DNA from: Eledone cirrhosa
Lineage: Eukaryota
DNA length: 64,000 nucleotides
Assembly: GCA_964016885.1 (NCBI GenBank)
Contig: OZ024763.1
Span: forward strand, 4,216,001 to 4,280,000
Direction of reading: 5' to 3'
Part shown: positions 57,283 through 64,000 of the stretch, in pieces
Layout: every line of letters starts with the position of its first letter
Position numbering within the stretch: position 1 is the first letter of the stretch
Translations under genes and position numbers: made by a program
The notes under the pieces: generated by a model
The model's input: the letters and a program-made list of their open reading frames with translations, nothing else
Database searches by the model: none
Told to the model about the DNA's origin: nothing

Positions 57283-57425
57283 ATAGTTATGTAATAAACA
57301 ACATAAGGCAATTATTCCATTTACCAGTGGTTTCTTTTTTTTTCATTCTGATGATTGAAAGCAACATTTTTTGTTTTTAAGAAACCACTGGTAAATGGAA
57401 TAATTGCCTTATGTTGTTTATTACA

Positions 57426-57432
<7 letters not shown>
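57283..57432. repeat. Perfect 54-bp inverted repeat (57283-57336 / 57379-57432) overlapping the sense hammerhead
   Basis: atagttatgtaataaacaacataaggcaattattccatttaccagtggtttctt and its exact reverse complement. Confidence 0.95.
57341..57400 (+). ncRNA. Type I hammerhead ribozyme, sense to the aPKC pre-mRNA
   Basis: UUUCAUU CUGAUGA UUGAAAGCAA CAUUUU UUGUUUUUAA GAAA CC ACU GG UA^AAUGGAA: 7-bp stem I, 10-bp stem II, short stem III, GUA triplet. Predicted cut after 57393. Confidence 0.75.
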
Positions 57433-57463
<31 letters not shown>

Positions 57464-57502
57464 CGAAACATAAGTCAATTGCATGAACTCAATCCTTTAT
57501 TT

Positions 57503-57558
57503 ACTGCTATATATATTTCGATGATAGCCATTGAGTGGCTATGACCTCATCAGGCAGT
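57503..57558 (-). ncRNA. Type I hammerhead ribozyme, antisense to aPKC
   Basis: Minus strand ACUGC CUGAUGA GGUCAUAGCCA CUCAA UGGCUAUCAUC GAAA UAUAUA UA^GCAGU: 5-bp stem I, long stem II closed by G-C, palindromic AU stem III. AAUAAA follows immediately. Confidence 0.8.
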
Positions 57559-57717
57559 TAGTCAGTTCTTAGATATGCCAGCTCTGTGTTTATGGTGTTG
57601 ATGGTATCAGAGCCTTTGGACATATATATATATATATGTGTGTGTGTGCGTATGTGTGTATGTTTATTGATGTATGCAAATACATACAAATAAATATGTA
57701 TATTTGTTCTTTAACAG

Positions 57718-57839
57718 TGACATTCTGGTGACTAGTATAGGCAGTAAGATCACCTATGAAAGTCTTCGACAAGAAATCAGGGATATATGTAAATTTGAAT
57801 CTAAACAACCCTTTACAATGAAGTGGGTGGATGAGGAAG
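57718..57839 (+). CDS. aPKC: aPKC coding exon, PB1 domain (DILVTSIGSKITYESLRQEIRDICKFESKQPFTMKWVDEEG)
   Basis: ttctttaacAG acceptor, G|GTAAGG donor, 122 nt. FTMKWVDEEG matches the aPKC OPCA motif (FTMKWIDEEGDPC). Confidence 0.96.
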
Positions 57840-58076
57840 GTAAGGTGAACAATATCTTTTTTGTTTGCTTGTTTTTTTTTTTGTTGTTTCAATTTTGTTT
57901 ATGGCCATATCAGGTTGAAAACCATTGGTTGACATTAAATCACTGGAGCTCAAGATTGCTTGTTTCACTTGAAAGGGATCATCTAAGAACTAGCCCTTTG
58001 CTGATTTCTTTGGAGTGGAATGAGGAACCTTCTTTGTAGGGCTCAGCCATGACAATATATATATAATATATATATA

Positions 58077-58282
58077 TAGGAACGAGTAGGACCCCGACGG
58101 CTGAGCTCAAGCCGTTTCGACAGCTAATTCTGGACTAAATTAGTCCAGAATTAGCCGTTGAAACGGCTTGAGCTCAGCCGTTGGGGTCCTACTCGTTCCT
58201 ATTACCCACTCTACTACCCTAAGTATTGAGTACTTTGGTGCGTTATGGTCCACCTGGTTCCTTACCACATTTCCTTCATTAT
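58077..58282. mobile_element. (TA)n-embedded fold-back element (hairpin of about 60-bp arms, 58077-58201)
   Basis: taggaacgagtaggaccccgacggctgagctcaagccgtttc...gaaacggcttgagctcagccgttggggtcctactcgttccta is a near-perfect inverted repeat. Homologous to 18338-18508. Confidence 0.65.
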
Positions 58283-58311
58283 AATATATATATATGTATG
58301 TATGTATACAT

Positions 58312-58347
<36 letters not shown>

Positions 58348-58472
58348 GTGAATATAGACATAGAATATTCGAAAATATTCTGTATGTTTATAATAAACAT
58401 TTTGAAGACCTAATCGCTATAGAATAGAATACGTCACGTATTACAATTAGATTCTCGATAAAAGCAAGGGAA

Positions 58473-58515
58473 GTAATCTACGCGTTTCATTCTTGTTAGA
58501 AATCATCAGGACTAC
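58473..58515 (-). ncRNA. Minimal type I hammerhead ribozyme, array copy 1
   Basis: Minus strand reads GUAGUC CUGAUGA U-UUCU AACA AGAA-U GAAA CGCG UA^GAUUAC: 6-bp stem I, intact CUGANGA and GAAA boxes, palindromic stem III ACGCGU, GUA cleavage triplet. Confidence 0.85.
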
Positions 58516-58782
58516 ATATCCAGTGCTTTTATCGAGAATGACACAGCTAGAGACTTATAGAATACTTAGCTGTGTACAGGAACTGGTTTGAAAGAGCGGT
58601 TGCCGGTCCGGCAGAAATTAGAAATTGGAATAAATGCTCTGAAATAGCGATATATATGTGAATATAGACATAGAATATTCGAAAATATTCTGTATGTTTA
58701 TAATAAACATTTTGAAGACCTAATCGCTATAGAATAGAATACGTCACGTATTACAATTAGATTCTCGATAAAAGCAAGGGAA

Positions 58783-58825
58783 GTAATCTACGCGTTTCAT
58801 TCTTGTTAGAAATCATCAGGACTAC
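58783..58825 (-). ncRNA. Minimal type I hammerhead ribozyme, array copy 2
   Basis: Same sequence as 58473-58515, offset 310 bp. Confidence 0.85.
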
Positions 58826-59092
58826 ATATCCAGTGCTTTTATCGAGAATGACACAGCTAGAGACTTATAGAATACTTAGCTGTGTACAGGAACTGGTTTG
58901 AAAGAGCGGTTGCCGGTCCGGCAGAAATTAGAAATTGGAATAAATGCTCTGAAATAGCGATATATATGTGAATATAGACATAGAATATTCGAAAATATTC
59001 TGTATGTTTATAATAAACATTTTGAAGACCTAATCGCTATAGAATAGAATACGTCACGTATTACAATTAGATTCTCGATAAAAGCAAGGGAA

Positions 59093-59135
59093 GTAATCTA
59101 CGCGTTTCATTCTTGTTAGAAATCATCAGGACTAC
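59093..59135 (-). ncRNA. Minimal type I hammerhead ribozyme, array copy 3
   Basis: Same sequence as 58473-58515, offset 620 bp. Confidence 0.85.
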
Positions 59136-59402
59136 ATATCCAGTGCTTTTATCGAGAATGACACAGCTAGAGACTTATAGAATACTTAGCTGTGTACAGG
59201 AACTGGTTTGAAAGAGCGGTTGCCGGTCCGGCAGAAATTAGAAATTGGAATAAATGCTCTGAAATAGCGATATATATGTGAATATAGACATAGAATATTC
59301 GAAAATATTCTGTATGTTTATAATAAACATTTTGAAGACCTAATCGCTATAGAATAGAATACGTCACGTATTACAATTAGATTCTCGATAAAAGCAAGGG
59401 AA

Positions 59403-59445
59403 GTAATCTACGCGTTTCATTCTTGTTAGAAATCATCAGGACTAC
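59403..59445 (-). ncRNA. Minimal type I hammerhead ribozyme, array copy 4
   Basis: Same sequence as 58473-58515, offset 930 bp. Confidence 0.85.
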
Positions 59446-59515
59446 ATATCCAGTGCTTTTATCGAGAATGACACAGCTAGAGACTTATAGAATACTTAGC
59501 TGTGTACAGGAACTG

Positions 59516-59610
59516 TATATATATAAGCAGAAGGGATATTCAATTTGTTGGTAATTCAACAAATATCAATGTTTATAACTGATTCAGAGCACTCAACAGG
59601 TTTTCTGGAG

Positions 59611-59650
<40 letters not shown>

Positions 59651-59862
59651 ATACAATGATATTAAATAAATGGAAACTATATCATTCAATATCATTGATA
59701 TATATATGTATATACAATGATATTAAATAAATGGAAACTATATCACTTAATATCATTGAATATTATACTCCAGAAAACATGTTGAGTGCTCTGAATCAGT
59801 TATAAACATTTATATTTGTTGAATTACCAACAAATTGAATATCCCTTTTGCTTATATATATA
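59516..59862. repeat. Near-perfect inverted repeat with arms of about 100 bp, abutting the hammerhead array
   Basis: aagggatattcaatttgttggtaattcaacaaat...ctggagtataata pairs with tattatactccag...atttgttgaattaccaacaaattgaatatccctt. Confidence 0.9.
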
Positions 59863-59949
59863 ACAACAATTTGTTATCCCATATATATATATATATATAT
59901 ATATATGGGATAACAAGGAGGTCATATAAGTGTTCATTCATTAATAAAT

Positions 59950-59996
59950 TGCTCTGAAGAATCCAAACCTCGGTTTGGAGGAAACAGTTGTAAGCA
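59950..59996 (+). ncRNA. Minimal type I hammerhead ribozyme-like motif
   Basis: UGCU CUGAAGA A-UCCAAAC CUCG GUUUGGA-G GAAA CAGUUG UA^AGCA. Lies in a (TA)n-flanked element, with a related 5'-damaged copy at 21387-21428. Confidence 0.65.
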
Positions 59997-60265
59997 CAAA
60001 AATGTTTTGAACAGTTCTTTGATTCTTATACTTTATATATATATATATATCAATGATGTTAATAAATGGAAACTATATTGATAAAACTATATTTATTTTA
60101 TTATATATATTTCAAGGGTACCAAAATTTTGGTACGCTCTCATCAGATAAAATACAAAATTTGTTTTATAAATGGTGACATACCCAAGAAACCAGACCTT
60201 ATCGGTTCACACATCTATACACACACACATCACACATCTATACACACACACATACATGTATATAC

Positions 60266-60296
<31 letters not shown>

Positions 60297-60324
60297 AATT
60301 GATTGATGTTTGTTTAAATTTCAG

Positions 60325-60414
60325 GTGATCCATGTGTGTTATCCTGCCAAGTAGAACTCAATGAAGCAGTCAGGCTACATGAACTGAACAAGGACTCAGA
60401 ACTTACCATACATG
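60325..60414 (+). CDS. aPKC: aPKC coding exon, PB1 C-terminal half ([30 protein letters not shown])
   Basis: aaatttcAG acceptor, G|GTAATG donor, 90 nt, phase 1-1. Matches PKC-iota [29 protein letters not shown]. Confidence 0.96.
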
Positions 60415-62129
60415 GTAATGTCTTTATATGGTTTGAGGTTTTGGCAGGGTTAGTACCACCCCGGGTCTATTAGATAGGTGGTGGTTATTATAACTCCTGT
60501 CTATTAGATAGGGGGTGGTGATGGTGGTTAGGATCCCTCCTGTCTATTAGATAGGCGAGGTGGAGGGGGTGAAGCTGGGAGTTTGGTCATGTAGATAGGT
60601 TGGTCTTTACTGTTATTTAATGTTGTTACAGCTCACAGCTATGTAGGTTTAGCTGGCCACCTACAAGCTTATATCTGGTAGGAAGTTTGTTGGGTGTTTT
60701 AATGGTAGGGACCCTAGACCTATCATATTGTTACAGCTCACACCTATGTTTGTTTAGCTGGGATTAAGGTTTCTTGGGTAATCATTAGAGTCTCCAGTCC
60801 TCTCATGGAACACATGAAATGATGTGTCTTGCTCAAGAACACAACTCACTCTCCAGTCCAGAAATTGAACTCTCAGCCTTATGATTGTGAGTCGAACACG
60901 CTAACCACTAGGACATGTAGTTTCCCCGATGTAAGAGTTAAGTGGGAGGTTAAGTAGTAGATCTTGTACAAAAAAAGGTGGGAAACTGTAAAATGAAATA
61001 TCTGGTAGACAATTAATTATATAACAATACAACAAAGAAAGTTTCATACTTGATTTCATGAATTAACACCTGGCATTTTCTTTTGAAATTACTGTTTACC
61101 ATAACAATCTTCAACCACCTTTATTTTGTTTTAAAATTACTGTTTACTATAACGATCTTGGAAGAGGCTATGTAACTGGTAAGAATGTCAGACACCATGA
61201 GTTGTGGCCTGACGTAAGACAATTGTTAAAAAACAAGTCAAAATCATTTAGTTGTCATGTTACGCTTTAATTACACACACACACGCACACACACACATAG
61301 ACACACGCACATGCACACACACACGTAAATACATAAATAGATACAGACAACAGAAGGAAGGGGCTGGCGAAATGCTATGGTGATGTGTGTTGCATCCCTT
61401 TTGGGTTTACCGGCTACATAGCCTATTCGAACGATCTTCAACCACCTTTGTTTTGTTTGGTTATTTAATTAGTTGCTTTTTATTTTTTATCTTCTTTGTT
61501 TTTTTTGTTGTCTTTAGACAGTTGTGGCTTCTGTATGTTGTGGTTTTTACTGATATCAATATTATCAATATTGTCGTCCGTGTGTATACCATTGTTGATA
61601 TTCTTATTGGCAGTATCGGTAGAGGGTCGGACACCATGCTAGGGCGGTAGATTGGCAGTATCAGTAGAGGGTCGGACACCATGCTTTCCAGCATAGTTAC
61701 GTCCCTTTACGATCTGAGTTCAAATCCCGCCAAGGTTGACTTTGCCTTTCATCCTTACGGGGTCGATAAAATAAAGTACCAGTAATGTACTGGGTAATTG
61801 CTGGCCTTGTGCCTAAAGTAGAAACAGTTATTGATTATATCATTACTGATATAACTGTCTACCTGTCAGTCTATTTACATAGTGTTTACCTGTCTCTCTA
61901 CCTTGTCTCTACTCATCTGTCTGTCTACACAGTGTCTACTCACCTGTATATTCATGTATATCTATCTTTCTATCTGGGTCTACCTACCTATTTATTTATT
62001 TATTTATTTATTTATTTATATCTGTTTGTATGCCTGTCTAATTAGTCTCTTTGATTACCTATCTAATTGTCTCTCTGTCTTCCTACCTGCCTGTCTATAT
62101 TTCTGTTTATCTACCTACCTGTCTATCTA

Positions 62130-62400
62130 TTCGGCCCGAGTGAATCGGCCTCCTCTCTATATCAGCCTGTAGGTTGAGGAAAAGGAGGAAAGGGGGTACT
62201 CACTCTTCGTACTCCTGGAGATGAGGGTTGCACATTTTTTCGGGGGGTATGTGTTACCCATATGTAACGTCTCCCCCTATTGGGGAAAATCGACTAATTT
62301 TTTAAATTGCATTTGTGATAACATTTTACACGTTTTTATTGTATGTAAACTTCCCCCTTTGTATTTGTCCCCTTCTTTTGTGCCCCTGTGGCTAATAAAC
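62130..62400 (+). mobile_element. 3'-terminal LINE fragment ending in AATAAA, 39 nt upstream of an aPKC exon
   Basis: Homologous to about 14168-14445; AATAAA at 62394-62399. Confidence 0.6.
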
Positions 62401-62438
62401 ATATCTATTCTTATATTTTTGTGTGTGTGTGTGTCCAG

Positions 62439-62489
62439 TGTTTCCTAATGTGCCAGACCGACCAGGAATGCCATGTGATGGCGAGGACC
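62439..62489 (+). CDS. aPKC: aPKC coding exon after PB1 (VFPNVPDRPGMPCDGED)
   Basis: (tg)n-tccAG acceptor, C|GTAAGT donor, 51 nt, phase 1-1. Matches PKC-iota VFPCVPERPGMPCPGED just before the pseudosubstrate. The gene continues beyond the window. Confidence 0.95.
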
Positions 62490-62779
62490 GTAAGTTAACA
62501 TTTAACATTTGTACCACACAAAACCACATAAAACCACATAAGACATTCTTGAAGACAGAATAGTATTAGGAGTTCATCACATTGAAAATTGAAGTCTTTA
62601 GTTGACTGCAATTTTAATGATCTGTCCATTAGTGAAAATATTATAAACATTTGAATTAACAGAGAAATTTAGCAACACTTGTTGTTGTTGTTGGTCTTTC
62701 TAATAGCAATGTCATTGGAGGAGGGTAGCAACTGGAAGTTGAAACAGTACTTTGAGTTGGTGGCAGTGGTTGGTAGGGG

Positions 62780-63250
62780 GTTGGTGGGTAGGTGGAGAGT
62801 AGCTTGGTAGGCAGGTGGGTAGGTAGGTGAAGAGTAGCTTGGTAGGCAGGTAGATGGAGAGTAGGTAGGTAGGTAGGTAGGTAGGTGGAGAGTAGCTTGG
62901 TAGGCAGGTGGGTAGGTAGGTGGAGAGTAGCTTGGTAGGCAGGCAGGTGGGTAGGTAGGTGGAGAGTAGCTTGGTAGGCAGGCAGGTGGGTAGGTAGGTG
63001 GAGAGTAGCTTGGTAGGCAGGTAGATGGAGAGTAGGTAGGTAGGTGGGTAGATAAGTGGAGAGTAGCTTGGTAGGCAGGTAGATGGAGAGTAGCTTGGTA
63101 GGCAGGTAGATGGAGAGTAGCTTGGTAGGCAGGTAGATGGAGAGTAGCTTGGTAGGCAGGTAGATGGAGAGTAGCTTGGTAGGCAGGTAGATGGAGAGTA
63201 TGTTGGTAGGCAGGTAGATAGATAGGTAGGTTAGGTGGAAAGGTAAGTAG
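62780..63250. repeat. Purine-rich minisatellite (ggtaggcaggtagatggagagtagctt)
   Basis: Visible directly. Confidence 0.9.
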
Positions 63251-63294
63251 ATAGGTGAGAGAAAGGCAAAACTTGGATGAAGCTGGGTTCAAAA

Positions 63295-63635
63295 GTAATC
63301 TGAGGTGGGCAGGAAAGAGGACTACACTGGTATCGACATGTGATCCACATGGATGATGATTGATGGGTGAAGAAGTGCCAGGAAATGCCAGTGGAAGGAA
63401 GCTGCAAGAGATGTAGACCAAGGTAGACCTGTGCAGAGGTGGTGAGAGCTGAACTCAAATTACTGAGAGCCACAGAGATGAAGGGGTGTAGGGAGAGCCA
63501 CAGAGATGGAGTGTAGGGGTGTAGGGAGAGCTACAGGGATGAAGGGGTGTAGGGAGTGAAGAGATCCTGTGCTGGAAAAGACCTGTCCAACCTCTGCAAG
63601 CATGGAGAATGGATGTAAAAACAATGATGGTGATA
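63295..63635 (+). pseudogene. Degenerate RTE LINE 3' fragment
   Basis: LHWYRHVIHMD...VKKCQEMPVEGSCKRCRPR followed by a tgcaagcatggag...gatg tail. Confidence 0.55.
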
Positions 63636-64000
63636 GGCAGGTAAGAAGAGAGATAGGTGGACAGGTAGAACGGTAGATAGTGGGGTGAGTAAGAAGGCAG
63701 GTAGGTAAATAGGTAGGCTACAAGTTTGAAATGTTGAACTTGTTTATTAGACTAGAATTTTTTTCAACACACTGACGCCTATATCATCATCATCATCACC
63801 GTTTTACATCTGTTCTTCCACGCTAGCATGGGTTAGACGGGTTGTTCTGTTGTGGGCAGTGTCTGGTCGGCTGACCATGCCTTGCTCATACAGGAACTGA
63901 TTTGGCTTGATTTCTACAGCTGGATGCCCTTCCTAACACCAACCTCATTTACAGTGTGGGCTGGGTGCTTTTTCGTGGCGCCTACACGTCCACTTTACAG

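Larger units (their letters stand above)
58341..59515 (-). mobile_element. 310-bp tandem array (about 3.8 units), one hammerhead ribozyme per unit; retrozyme-like / Penelope-like LTR array in an aPKC intron
   Basis: The motif aatatagaca recurs at 58351, 58661, 58971 and 59281 (period 310). Units look identical by eye, the array is bounded by (TA)n, and each unit has a hammerhead core on the - strand. Confidence 0.85.

Noticed and set aside
57674-58039. 121-aa ORF taken as a whole
   Set aside because: Only 57718-57839 is aPKC exon. The flanks are intronic read-through beyond clear splice sites.

Overview
A 64-kb, AT-rich eukaryotic window dense in repeats. The SINE, MITE and microsatellite landscape looks like an octopus/cephalopod genome (inference). 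The only host gene I can support is the 5' part of an atypical protein kinase C (aPKC, PKC iota/zeta-like) on the + strand. Four GT-AG coding exons (55813-55871, 57718-57839, 60325-60414, 62439-62489) splice in frame to give the whole PB1 domain, and the gene continues past the window. The rest is tRNA-derived SINEs, TTAA-flanked MITEs, non-autonomous Helitrons, decayed mariner/RTE/Tx1/CRE fragments and many mini/microsatellites, which account for nearly all the long ORFs in the track. The most striking feature is a cluster of hammerhead ribozymes in the aPKC introns. A 310-bp head-to-tail array (58341-59515) carries one minimal type I hammerhead per unit on the - strand, the architecture of a retrozyme/Penelope-like LTR array that could release 310-nt monomers or circles. 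Three more hammerheads lie nearby, including a sense-strand one whose 3' half is covered by a perfect 54-bp inverted copy. Decayed hammerhead-like motifs also occur in (TA)n-embedded elements elsewhere. All folds were read by eye; no activity is demonstrated.
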